Source: Thermoplasmatota archaeon (GTDB lineage: Archaea; Thermoplasmatota; Penumbrarchaeia; Penumbrarchaeales; Penumbrarchaeaceae). From it: 64,000 nt of DNA. Each line of letters starts with the position of its first letter. Position 1 is the stretch's first letter. Below are positions 50,012-59,078 of the stretch, one piece after another. Both the position numbers and the translations under genes were made by a program. The notes beneath the pieces were generated by a model, which saw only the letters and a program-made list of their open reading frames with translations, made no database searches and was not told the DNA's origin. The stretch lies in NCBI GenBank assembly GCA_965234725.1, contig CBDDUX010000026.1, forward strand, positions 32,001 through 96,000, in the 5' to 3' direction.

Positions 50012-50952
50012 GACTGATGGGCATAAGGAGAAGGTTGAAGGTCGCGGTCGCGATTCCCGCAAAGAACGAGCAGAGGACAATAGGTACTATCGTTACCATC
50101 TCAAGGGAATATGCTGACAAGGTCGTTGTGATCAATGACGGATCCACGGATAAAACAGCTCTAGTCGCTCTATTGGCCGGTGCCGAAGTATTGTCTCATC
50201 GGATCAACAAAGGAAAGGGAGCTGCCATTGCCACAGCCCTTAAATGGGCCATGAAAGAAGAGATGGATATACTGGTATTCATAGATGGTGACGGTCAGCA
50301 CGATCCAGGTGCTATCCCGGATCTGGTAGGACCTATTGTGAGAGGAGAGACGGACATCACCATCGGATCAAGATGGCATCATGATCAAGGCCTCAAGGAG
50401 ATGCCAATTCACCGACTCCTCGGGAATTGGATCCTCAGCACAGCCACATCCCTGTCGCTTTCAAAGATGATAAGAGATTCCCAATCCGGTTTCAGGGCCT
50501 TCCATAAAAGGACCTTCCCCGCTTTCATGCAGTCGATCGAGATGGGATTCGCAGTGGAATCCGAGATGATAGCACTGGCTGACAAGGCAGGTTTCGGATG
50601 GAAGGAATTGGGAATAAAAGCTTCCTATAATGACCTTGATGCCAATACCGAGAGCTCTTGGTATCATGGTCTATCGGTACTTGGAAAGGCACTTAAGGTC
50701 ATGAGGCTCCAGAAACCAGGGAGGTTCTTTGGAGCTTTCTCCTTATTATCCTTCCTGATCGTAGTGGCCCTTGCTTTCTATGGAAGGATTTCCCATCCTG
50801 ATGAGAAGCTCCTTCCCCTTTACCTCCTTTACTTGATTTCTTTCTTTATTATTTGCGGTGGATTTTTTATGTTCTCAGCTATAATTGTTTCAGGTATGGA
50901 CAGGATATCCGAGAGGATATTCAAATTGATGATATCACTCCTTAAGAGATGA
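49999..50952 (+). CDS. GT2 family (DPM-synthase-like) with C-terminal TM helices
   Basis: IPAKNE, DGSTD, NKGKG, DGDGQHDP, GSR, DSQSGFRAF, ESEM. Confidence 0.9.
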   Translation: MERVRLMGIRRRLKVAVAIPAKNEQRTIGTIVTISREYADKVVVINDGSTDKTALVALLAGAEVLSHRINKGKGAAIATALKWAMKEEMDILVFIDGDGQHDPGAIPDLVGPIVRGETDITIGSRWHHDQGLKEMPIHRLLGNWILSTATSLSLSKMIRDSQSGFRAFHKRTFPAFMQSIEMGFAVESEMIALADKAGFGWKELGIKASYNDLDANTESSWYHGLSVLGKALKVMRLQKPGRFFGAFSLLSFLIVVALAFYGRISHPDEKLLPLYLLYLISFFIICGGFFMFSAIIVSGMDRISERIFKLMISLLKR

Positions 50953-51013
50953 TAGTTCAAATAATGATAATGGGTCAATACGCTTTTAATATCGATGATC
51001 AGAGTCCCTTTCA

Positions 51014-51196
51014 ATGGAAATGATGGTGGAGATCAAGGCATCCGTCCGGTCCTTGGGCTCATGTATTCTCGCTTCCTGTGACAGCTGCAGGTCCTATGGT
51101 TTCGGTGATAACGAGTATGAGGCGGTCCTCAGATTGAAATCAAATATCAATCAGATGTACGGATGTATATTCCCCATGGATAATATCAATATTTAA
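51014..51196 (+). CDS. Stand-alone HicB-like (UPF0150-like) small protein
   Basis: beta-beta-beta-alpha pattern '..ILASCDSCRSYGFGDNEYEAVLRLK'. Confidence 0.45.
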   Translation: MEMMVEIKASVRSLGSCILASCDSCRSYGFGDNEYEAVLRLKSNINQMYGCIFPMDNINI

Positions 51197-51447
51197 TTTT
51201 ATTATTTAGGGTATTAAGAGTATTAGTAAATAATTATAATGAAGCTTTTTATAAACATGTTTTATATTGGATATATACATGTTGAACAATATTTGACCTA
51301 CTAAAAAGTATATAATATAATAGTGCAAATATGTAATTTTATATGCATATTTAATCTATGAATCAGTCATTATCACTTTTGATAACAAATGACTTTATAT
51401 ATGACATGTATGATATATTGAATACCCCATCCCCCGGGGGTTGAACT

Positions 51448-51618
51448 ATGACTACAAACAATGTGATATCCCTCAAAGAGGTAGAACTGGAGGTAGACAA
51501 GAAGAGCCTCCTAAGGAATTGGGACTCGATCTCATCGATCGGTAATCCCGCCTTCGAGACCAATTCGAGGGAGATCCTTCTTTTCAGGTATCCCGATAGA
51601 AAAATGGAAAGGGCCTGA
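51448..51618 (+). CDS. Micro-protein 1 (56 aa) of the R-x-I-phi-phi-phi-x-Y-P family
   Basis: MTTNNVISLKEVELEVDKKSLLRNWDSISSIGNPAFETNSREILLFRYPDRKMERA; TATA upstream; full-length paralog of 54484..54651. Confidence 0.75.
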   Translation: MTTNNVISLKEVELEVDKKSLLRNWDSISSIGNPAFETNSREILLFRYPDRKMERA

Positions 51619-51776
51619 TCACAAGAATGGATGAAATCCTCAAATTGGTCGTAGATAGAAAGGTTCAAGAGCAGTTCTATTTAGGATCATTTCAGGTTTA
51701 ATACTATTAAATATTTAAATTTGGAAATGTCTTTCAATGTCAGGTTTAATATAACATGTTCAACATATTCTAATTT

Positions 51777-52085
51777 ATGGTGGGTGATAGCAAAGGCTGT
51801 AGAACCCCCGTTAAAAAGAAGGGTTCCAAGGATCCTGATTGTCTTGAGGAGGTCATCGATCGATTCAATAAAGGTATCGATGATGTCGATGAGGCTATAA
51901 TGGACGAGGATAGTCTGACCAATGGTCACGATAAGGTCTCACTCAAGGATTCCATCATCGAGAACCACTTCACCAAACCATCAGATATCGAGAAGGATAT
52001 CTCTTGGAAAGAAGAGGAGACAATACCTATTCACGAACTCGTCATCAGGAATCCGAAGGATCGGGGCCTGAAGAAGAGAAAGTGA
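51777..52085 (+). CDS. Hypothetical acidic protein; C-terminal HELVIRNP may be a divergent copy of the micro-protein motif
   Basis: 102-aa ORF downstream of AT-rich promoter-like sequence. Confidence 0.55.
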   Translation: MVGDSKGCRTPVKKKGSKDPDCLEEVIDRFNKGIDDVDEAIMDEDSLTNGHDKVSLKDSIIENHFTKPSDIEKDISWKEEETIPIHELVIRNPKDRGLKKRK

Positions 52086-52152
52086 TCCATATTCTTATCA
52101 TTATCGATAATCTGATGAACGGTATTTTAAGCAAGGTAACCGATGATTACCT

Positions 52153-52335
52153 ATGAGGGCATCTTTGGAGCTTCCTACAAGGATAAGGAAGAAGGGTGAT
52201 ACCTTTATTGCCGAATGTGCTGAGATGGGTTTACATGAAATTGGAAATACCGAGGAAGAGGCCAGAGAGAGATTGATGATCAAAGCTAGGAAGTTTCTTT
52301 TATCATCTATGGTGGAAAATTCCATACTGACATGA
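52153..52335 (+). CDS. Stand-alone HicB-like (UPF0150-like) small protein
   Basis: 'GDTFIAECAEMGLHEIGNTEEEARERL' matches the HicB N-terminal pattern (F.A.C......G.T.EEA...L). Confidence 0.65.
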   Translation: MRASLELPTRIRKKGDTFIAECAEMGLHEIGNTEEEARERLMIKARKFLLSSMVENSILT

Positions 52336-52478
52336 ACGTGAAAGAGATACCCTTAAATAAATCCGTTCGTTGCAACCGCCCGGAGATGAATGTGGTGGAG
52401 ACTTCTACTGACTTTGACCATGATGATGCCAACAGGAGGGAAAGGAGAATTGTCATCCTTTCCTATCCAATTTCCTGA
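52332..52478 (+). CDS. Micro-protein 2 (48 aa)
   Basis: MNVKEIPLNKSVRCNRPEMNVVETSTDFDHDDANRRERRIVILSYPIS; ATGA overlap with the HicB-like gene. Confidence 0.65.
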   Translation: MNVKEIPLNKSVRCNRPEMNVVETSTDFDHDDANRRERRIVILSYPIS

Positions 52479-52573
52479 AATGATCTAGACAATTGGCAAT
52501 TGAACAGTACATTTGGTTTGATTTTCAATTGATGTAACTGAGATGGTCTTGTTTAAATAATTAATAGGATTAG

Positions 52574-52672
52574 ATGTTCTTGATGGATCTATTATTGGAG
52601 AGGAGGAACGATGAGGTCGAAAGACCTCTGAAGAGAGAGATCGTGATCCTCACATATCCCCTAGGAAATTGA
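52574..52672 (+). CDS. Micro-protein 3 (32 aa)
   Basis: MFLMDLLLERRNDEVERPLKREIVILTYPLGN; TTTAAATA about 20 bp upstream. Confidence 0.6.
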   Translation: MFLMDLLLERRNDEVERPLKREIVILTYPLGN

Positions 52673-52830
52673 ACCTGATATTCATTGAACACAGCCTAGG
52701 TTTTCCCATGTACAAATCGAACCAAGGCCCATGCTTTCCTACCTTCATACTGATAGAAATGTTACCTAAATTGATACTGAACATAAAAGTTTTATATACC
52801 CAGAGCAACAATTATTTATTAGGTGATCAA

Positions 52831-52935
52831 ATGGATGCTTCATACAGGCTTCGACAGTTCAAGGATCAAGCCTCAAGGCTCCATTCGATCTACCTGACAA
52901 ATGTCCCTTTCTCCAAGGACAAGAAAAGGACATAG
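52831..52935 (+). CDS. Micro-protein (34 aa), possible divergent family member
   Basis: MDASYRLRQFKDQASRLHSIYLTNVPFSKDKKRT; TTTATATA at ~52791, AGGTGA RBS, T-tract right after the stop. Confidence 0.5.
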   Translation: MDASYRLRQFKDQASRLHSIYLTNVPFSKDKKRT

Positions 52936-53074
52936 ATTTTTTTTTCTGGAAAAAACCTCTATTAGGAACGAAAAGACACCCCGGAGGGGCCCTCTGAAAC
53001 CCACTATGGGCTCCTTCAATTCGACCTGATCAATGTGTAACAGGTTTTAAAGATAATATTACCATTCGGATATT

Positions 53075-53296
53075 ATGAACGATAAGGAGATGTTCCTCAA
53101 GAAGATGAGGGCGATGTCCTTGATAAAAGCCGAGCTGATGAGTTCCGGAAAGGATCCCGAGATAATACAACGGTTACTGATGGATGAATATGACCGGAAG
53201 GAGGAAAACGGGATCTCGAAGATGATAGAGAGGATCGACCTCGACAATGGAGAGGACTTTAAAGGATTGATGAAAATGGTATTTAAAAGGATCTGA
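53075..53296 (+). CDS. Small helical hypothetical protein
   Basis: 73-aa ORF with purine-rich coding-like composition; TATA-like TTTTAAA upstream. Confidence 0.55.
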   Translation: MNDKEMFLKKMRAMSLIKAELMSSGKDPEIIQRLLMDEYDRKEENGISKMIERIDLDNGEDFKGLMKMVFKRI

Positions 53297-54241
53297 TCCT
53301 CTTTGGAAATCTGAACATCTATCGAGACCTTTCGCAAATTAGTAATCTTACTATCTATCCGGAATGATCTGATTTTTGGTATGAAAATTGGGCATCATAG
53401 TATCGCCCTTTTTTCATACCCACGCAAAGCAGTGTCTGTAATTGACGCTCTGTTTTGCTGTGTTTCGAACTTTCGATGTGATGTAGTTATGACGGGAGAA
53501 AGTTACGAAAAAACTCGCTCCACATTTTCATAATCTTTTTTGAACAACAGTTCATGAGAGTTTTGTGATACTTTGTTCAATATTCTGATAATTGAAGACC
53601 AAAATTAAAATACCCACTTGATCAATGGATAATGTGGTAACACTGTGGGACCCTGCTCAGGACTACCACCCGGAAATCCATTTTTTTCAAGGTCCCAAAG
53701 ATACCTCTATTGAAACCACGAGGGAAATAGCAAAATATGTCGCACCGGGGCCCGGATCTATGGCGGGAAACGGGCCCACTTCTTCTTCTGAGTATTCATC
53801 CTTCAGAGTTGCATCCTGAAAGTAGAACGATATGTGCATCCGTTATTCAGTGTTCAACCGGGTTCTTGTTGAGAGAACAATAGGTATTTGAACTGTTCAA
53901 TATACGATTGTTCACATCCGTTTTTTACTTTTGATAATCCAATAAACTGGTTTATATATGTTTAGACATTTATTCCATCTGGTGTGGCCTATTTATATCG
54001 TTAGGGGGAAAATGGCAAAGCTTCCATTGAACCTCTCTTTCATTATTGACCAGTGCCGATGATAAACAGAGAGTGTGAGCTCCGTGATGGAAGTTGCGGT
54101 ACTATCAGCGAAAGCCTTCAGGGAAGATCCTTTCTTTAGATAAATATTGGAACAACCGTTATTTGAACACTTTTTTTGAAATTTCGTATTATTATCATTC
54201 GATGTAATCCATCGGGTTCCCTTTATATAGTTCAGCAATAG

Positions 54242-54352
54242 ATGGTTTCCACAGTGAGAAAAATGGGAACCAACGGAAACAAAGGATCAACAACGGAAGA
54301 GAGCGATCTTCACCACCAGCGACAGATCGTGATACTCACCTATACCTTCTGA
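54242..54352 (+). CDS. Micro-protein 4 (36 aa)
   Basis: MVSTVRKMGTNGNKGSTTEESDLHHQRQIVILTYTF; TTTATATA about 20 bp upstream. Confidence 0.6.
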   Translation: MVSTVRKMGTNGNKGSTTEESDLHHQRQIVILTYTF

Positions 54353-54483
54353 AAATATTGGTTCCTGCTGACCGATCCTTCTTTTAGGTCCATTGACAGT
54401 TTCCTTGACATTGTTGATAGTCGAATTTATATATTTGAAAGGACTGGCTTGGTTTGCATCCAATATCCCCCAAAGGTGATAGC

Positions 54484-54651
54484 ATGACCAAGAAGATCCA
54501 GCCAATGAGAGAGATCGAGATGGAGATAGGCAGAGCAGGTCTTATCTCCAACATGGATAAGATGGAATCTTCGTTCGGTGGGGACATGTTCACCCATTCA
54601 AGGGAGATCATTCTTTTCCGATATCCACCCAAGGCCGGAATGAAGCTTTGA
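54484..54651 (+). CDS. Micro-protein 5 (55 aa)
   Basis: MTKKIQPMREIEMEIGRAGLISNMDKMESSFGGDMFTHSREIILFRYPPKAGMKL; AGGTGA RBS and TTTATATA upstream. Confidence 0.75.
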   Translation: MTKKIQPMREIEMEIGRAGLISNMDKMESSFGGDMFTHSREIILFRYPPKAGMKL

Positions 54652-54815
54652 TATGGGATTGACCTTCAATATAACCCCCAATTTTTTAATAATTTAGTTC
54701 AATTTCTTTGTGTACATTTGGTCGGGACTGTTTTCCTCCATGGTTACCACTCTCGATTTTTATTTTTTAAACGTTTAAGACAAGGCCTTCATATAGGTAT
54801 TAATAATTGTAAAAG

Positions 54816-55799
54816 GTGTTTTATTTGGTAGAACATAGGGATATCCTGAAACTGGATATTGAAAGGGAGATAGATAGGATAAGATCCTTTCTCAATGACC
54901 ATTTCAATGAATATAGAAAAGATGGTGCCATTATCGGTCTTAGCGGTGGAATTGATTCCGCAGTGGTTTCCGCACTCCTTGTGGATACGATAGGTAAGGA
55001 AAAGGTGAAAGGTATCATCCTTCCCGAAAAGGAATCGAACCCTATCAGCAAAGAACTTGGGATCCAACAGGCTGAGAAATTGGGTATCGAATACGAGGTA
55101 TTCGATATAACCGGGGTCCTAGAGGCCTTTGGAACATACAGTATGAGAGATGAGGCGGTCAGAGAAGTATTTCCCGATCATACAGAAGAATGCAGGATGA
55201 AACTCGTTCTTCCCGGGGGCCTCATGGAAAATTACACTTACAACATCTTTTCCTTGACGGTGACCTATCCAGATGGAAGGGAGGAAACAAAAAGACTTCC
55301 AAAGAAGGTCATTAACAGGATACTTGCCGCAACAGATACAAAGCAAAGGACCAGGATGATGGCCTTATACTATCATGGTGAGAGTCTATTTCGTTCTGTT
55401 GTGGGAACGACAAATCGTCCGGAGACCTTACAGGGTTTCTTCGTGAAATACGGTGATGGTGGAGTGGATATCGAACCCATTGCCCATCTTTACAAGAACC
55501 AGGTATACCAGCTTGCAGACCATTACGGGGTCGTCAAAGAGATAATAGAAAGAGAACCCTCCCCTGATACGTTTTCCTTCCCTGTAAGCGATGAGGAATT
55601 CTTCTTCAGGATCCCGTACGAGATCCTTGATCTTGTCCTCTATTGTTGGGAGAGGGGTATCGGAATTCCAGAGGCATCAAAAATTACTGATCTTAAAGAG
55701 GAGCAAGTTGAAAGGGTATACCGTGACCTTACCTCGAAATTCAAAGCTACCAAGCACTTGAGAGAAATGACTCCCTCTCTGTTGAAAATGGGATTTTAA
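54816..55799 (+). CDS. nadE: NH3-dependent NAD+ synthetase-family protein
   Basis: IGLSGGIDSAV, KQRTRM, GTTNRPE..GFFVKYGDGGVDIEPIAHLYK.QVY, PSPD. Confidence 0.85.
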   Translation: MFYLVEHRDILKLDIEREIDRIRSFLNDHFNEYRKDGAIIGLSGGIDSAVVSALLVDTIGKEKVKGIILPEKESNPISKELGIQQAEKLGIEYEVFDITGVLEAFGTYSMRDEAVREVFPDHTEECRMKLVLPGGLMENYTYNIFSLTVTYPDGREETKRLPKKVINRILAATDTKQRTRMMALYYHGESLFRSVVGTTNRPETLQGFFVKYGDGGVDIEPIAHLYKNQVYQLADHYGVVKEIIEREPSPDTFSFPVSDEEFFFRIPYEILDLVLYCWERGIGIPEASKITDLKEEQVERVYRDLTSKFKATKHLREMTPSLLKMGF

Positions 55800-55830
55800 C
55801 GTTCATTAGGTCAATAAGAAGGTCAGTTCA

Positions 55831-57003
55831 ATGAAGGTCCTTTTCCTTCCAAAGGAAGGTCACCCCCTTAAACGTGTTAGATTGACCGAGCTTTTCATGC
55901 GGGAATTTGTGTCATTAGGTAATGAGATAGATTGGGTACTGACCTCATTTGAAAATGAAAGGAGTAACATTCATGTTCCCTTCGGAGGAGGTCTTCTATC
56001 CAATCTCATTCTACCTTTCTATAGAATGAAGAAGTTAAGAATTTCAGAGAAGATCCTTAGGAAGGAGAAACCTGATATCATCATAGCAAATGATGGGATA
56101 ATTGAAGGTTTGATAGCATCGAGATTATCAAGAAAGTACGACATCCCATTTTGCTACTACCTCTCATCCCTTTTCACAGATATGGAGAAGAACGAGTTTC
56201 TTGCAGGTGGAAAACCAAAAAATCTCGTGAAATGGTTGGCAATGGTGATCAAGGAACCATTGAGGACCCGTGTTATCAAGAGATGTAATGTATTCCATCC
56301 AATTTCGGATGCCATGGGTCGACCATTTATTAAGATATGTACTGGTATTATCCATCCTCTTCCTCTCTGTCCTTCACATATATTTTTAGAGACAGAAGTG
56401 GGGTCGACAAGTGACTTTGACATTGGAATTGAATTGGTATATACAGGCCAGGTCACACCGAATAGAAAGATAGAGCTTCTTTTAGAGATCGTCAAGGCCC
56501 TCAAGGAAGGAACTGATAAGAATGTTAATTTGACAATAGTAGGCAGGATCTTCTACAGTAGTTATGAGAGATTCCTTAAGAAGAAAATGGCTCAATTAGG
56601 GATAGAGGATCATGTTGAGATCATCCCTGAGGTCCCAATCAGTAGAATACCAGCAATAATCAGGAAGTCAAACATCGGACTCTGTCTCCTACCACCGATA
56701 AGATCATTTATTGTTTCCTCCCCGACCAAGGTTGTTGAATATCTATCTCTTGGAATACCTGTTGTCGCAAATAAAGAGATAGAGGATCAAAAGGTAATAA
56801 TTCAAAATTCCAAGGGTGGTTTCTCGCCTGCATATGATAAGAAAGAGATAGTTGATTCTATTCTTGCATTAGTAGGGGAGGCGGATATGGCTGTTGAGAT
56901 GGGCCTTAAGGGTAGGAGATGGATACAGGAGAACAGGAACTATCAAAAAATGGCAGTGGAACTGGATTCTCTATACAATGGGATAATAGGAGATAGACCA
57001 TGA
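55831..57003 (+). CDS. Glycosyltransferase family 4
   Basis: LVYTG..R, SSPTKVVEYLSLGIPVVAN. Confidence 0.85.
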   Translation: MKVLFLPKEGHPLKRVRLTELFMREFVSLGNEIDWVLTSFENERSNIHVPFGGGLLSNLILPFYRMKKLRISEKILRKEKPDIIIANDGIIEGLIASRLSRKYDIPFCYYLSSLFTDMEKNEFLAGGKPKNLVKWLAMVIKEPLRTRVIKRCNVFHPISDAMGRPFIKICTGIIHPLPLCPSHIFLETEVGSTSDFDIGIELVYTGQVTPNRKIELLLEIVKALKEGTDKNVNLTIVGRIFYSSYERFLKKKMAQLGIEDHVEIIPEVPISRIPAIIRKSNIGLCLLPPIRSFIVSSPTKVVEYLSLGIPVVANKEIEDQKVIIQNSKGGFSPAYDKKEIVDSILALVGEADMAVEMGLKGRRWIQENRNYQKMAVELDSLYNGIIGDRP

Positions 57004-57377
57004 GGATAATCGGTATTGGAGTCGATGTCATCGATATTGATAGGGCTCGGGAATTATTTGAAAAGGAGAGGACCCTAGAGAGGGTTTTTACTGATAATGA
57101 GATCAATGCAAGCAGTCAGAGGGCTGACAGGTTGAAGAACCTTGCCGGATGGTTCGCCCTGAAGGAAGCAGTCCTGAAATCCCTAAAGGCTCCAAGGGAC
57201 ACTGGCATTTTATTGCAGGATATCGAGGTCCTCCATGGTGAGAACGGTGAACCAGTATGTGATCTGCATGGAAAGGCAAGGGATATCTTCCTGGATTCCG
57301 GAGGGGAAGAGTTGATGGTCTCCGTTTCCCATTCTGAAAAGTCAGCCGTGGGAGTCGCCATCTGTATAGGAAGCTAA
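57000..57377 (+). CDS. acpS: Holo-ACP synthase (phosphopantetheinyl transferase)
   Basis: IGIGVDVIDI.R, FT..E, LAG.FA.KEA..K, G.P, VSVSHS. Confidence 0.9.
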   Translation: MRIIGIGVDVIDIDRARELFEKERTLERVFTDNEINASSQRADRLKNLAGWFALKEAVLKSLKAPRDTGILLQDIEVLHGENGEPVCDLHGKARDIFLDSGGEELMVSVSHSEKSAVGVAICIGS

Positions 57378-57437
57378 CATGTCTGGCCACAGCTATAATG
57401 ATACGAATTGTGTTTAGATCTTGGTGAGAAATTGGAG

Positions 57438-57578
57438 ATGAAGACAAACACCGGCAGAACAACTTTCATAGATAACAATGAAATAGAAAATTACCGGATA
57501 TTCGACCTGGAAGGAAGTGATACTAGGGATTGTTCACGTCCATGCAGGCAGATAATCATGCTCAGGTATCCCGAGTGA
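57438..57578 (+). CDS. Micro-protein 6 (46 aa)
   Basis: MKTNTGRTTFIDNNEIENYRIFDLEGSDTRDCSRPCRQIIMLRYPE; GGTGAG upstream. Confidence 0.65.
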   Translation: MKTNTGRTTFIDNNEIENYRIFDLEGSDTRDCSRPCRQIIMLRYPE

Positions 57579-57646
57579 TTCCAAGATTAGGGTAATAATA
57601 TAATTTCACTGGACCAGTTAAATAGATAGGGTTTTACTGTAATATT

Positions 57647-57769
57647 ATGGATAATGAAGACTCCAATGAGAATAAAAGGAGAATTAACTCTAAGGAGGTC
57701 AAGATCAGTTTTCTTTCTTATCCTTTTGAAATAAAAAAGGTGAAAAAAGATAGCGTTGAGATCGAATGA
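57647..57769 (+). CDS. Micro-protein 7 (40 aa)
   Basis: MDNEDSNENKRRINSKEVKISFLSYPFEIKKVKKDSVEIE; TTAAATA about 28 bp upstream. Confidence 0.55.
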   Translation: MDNEDSNENKRRINSKEVKISFLSYPFEIKKVKKDSVEIE

Positions 57770-57822
57770 GATGAAATTTTCTTTTTTATTAGGGTAATAA
57801 AAATTGAGGATAGGATATTTTC

Positions 57823-58875
57823 ATGATCATCGCTATTTTTCTTAACACACCTGCTCAAGTTCATTTTTACAAGAATATTTGGAGGAAATTAAGAGATGAT
57901 GGTCATAAAGTATACCTTATTGCTAGGGATTACGGTGAGACCATCCCACTTTTAAAGGAGATGAATATTGACCATTTCCAGTATCTTTCTCCTCCGGAAT
58001 CTAAAATTGGAAAGGTCCTGTCTCTTCCTTTTGCAGTCATTCGGGTAAATAGATATCTCAAAAATAAAAAGGTCGACCTAATCACTGGATTCGGTGTCTA
58101 TGATGTATTGGTTTCCATTTTAAGAAGGAAACCAGTAATTGTGTTCTCAGATTCTGAACCTAGAATAAATAAGAAGACATTTTCTATCCAATTTGATTTA
58201 CTTAAACCTTTTACAAATCTTTTCATTACTCCCTCATCCTTCGGCCAGGATATGGGGAAGAATCATAGAAAGATCAATTCTTTTAAAGAGTTAGCTTACC
58301 TCCATCCAAAGTATTATTCACCAAGTGGTGATATCTATTCACTACTTGGTATTGAAAAAGGTGAGAAATTCATCATATTGAGATTTAATGCCTTCGATGC
58401 ACTGCACGATGCAGGTGTAACAGGATTTTCCGATGATATGAAGATAAAAATGGTAAGAGAGTTCTCCAAGAAGTGCCATGTTTTTATTTCATCAGAGAAA
58501 GGTATTCCAGATGAGATCAAGGATCATGTGTTGGATATTCCAAAAAGCAGAATTCATGACGTTTTATCTTATGCTCATTTGCTGATAACTGATACACAGA
58601 CGATGACAACTGAGGCTGCCCTTCTTGGAACACCTGTTGTAAGGTGCAATTCCTGGGTTGGGGATAATGATATGGGGAATTTTATTGAACTGGAGAACAA
58701 GTACAAGATGATATATAATTTCAACAATGAGAAATTGAGTTTTGAAAAAGCAAATGAACTCATTAATAAAGATGATATCAATGAAATCTATGATAGAAGG
58801 AGAGATTTGCTATTAGAAGATAAAGTTGATATTGTAGATAAGTATTGTGAGATCATCTATGAGTTCAATAATTGA
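57823..58875 (+). CDS. DUF354-family GT-B fold protein
   Basis: PAQVHFYKN, ARDY..T..LL, DSE, KELAYLHPKYYSP, ILRF....A.HD, QTMTTEAALLGTP. Confidence 0.85.
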   Translation: MIIAIFLNTPAQVHFYKNIWRKLRDDGHKVYLIARDYGETIPLLKEMNIDHFQYLSPPESKIGKVLSLPFAVIRVNRYLKNKKVDLITGFGVYDVLVSILRRKPVIVFSDSEPRINKKTFSIQFDLLKPFTNLFITPSSFGQDMGKNHRKINSFKELAYLHPKYYSPSGDIYSLLGIEKGEKFIILRFNAFDALHDAGVTGFSDDMKIKMVREFSKKCHVFISSEKGIPDEIKDHVLDIPKSRIHDVLSYAHLLITDTQTMTTEAALLGTPVVRCNSWVGDNDMGNFIELENKYKMIYNFNNEKLSFEKANELINKDDINEIYDRRRDLLLEDKVDIVDKYCEIIYEFNN

Positions 58876-58939
58876 GTTAGATATTTTTTTTATTAATAAA
58901 AAAAGTACATATTTAAATATCTTTTAGATATATATATTA

Positions 58940-59078
58940 AGGGGGTATCAGCTTAACTCCCAAATACACATAAAATCTTTAATATTGTTGATAAATAAAA
59001 AATGACATTATTTTATTATTATATGAAGTATTATCCATTTATCCGTCCAATATTTTAGGAGTTAAGCTGATACCCCAC
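58940..59078. mobile_element. Putative MITE (non-autonomous IS derivative)
   Basis: Perfect 19-bp inverted repeats GGGGTATCAGCTTAACTCC (58942-58960) and its complement (59058-59076); flanking 9-bp direct repeat TATATATTA (58931-58939, 59079-59087). Confidence 0.7.

Noticed and set aside
53625-53819. 64-aa ORF containing PEIHFFQGP
   Set aside because: Only a weak resemblance to the motif, it is not C-terminal, and coding status is unsupported.
54012-54143. Very short ORFs (MAKLPLNLSFIIDQCR; MINRECELRDGSCGTISESLQGRSFL) after TATA boxes
   Set aside because: Too short and lacking the family motif in frame; cannot be distinguished from chance or a decayed copy.
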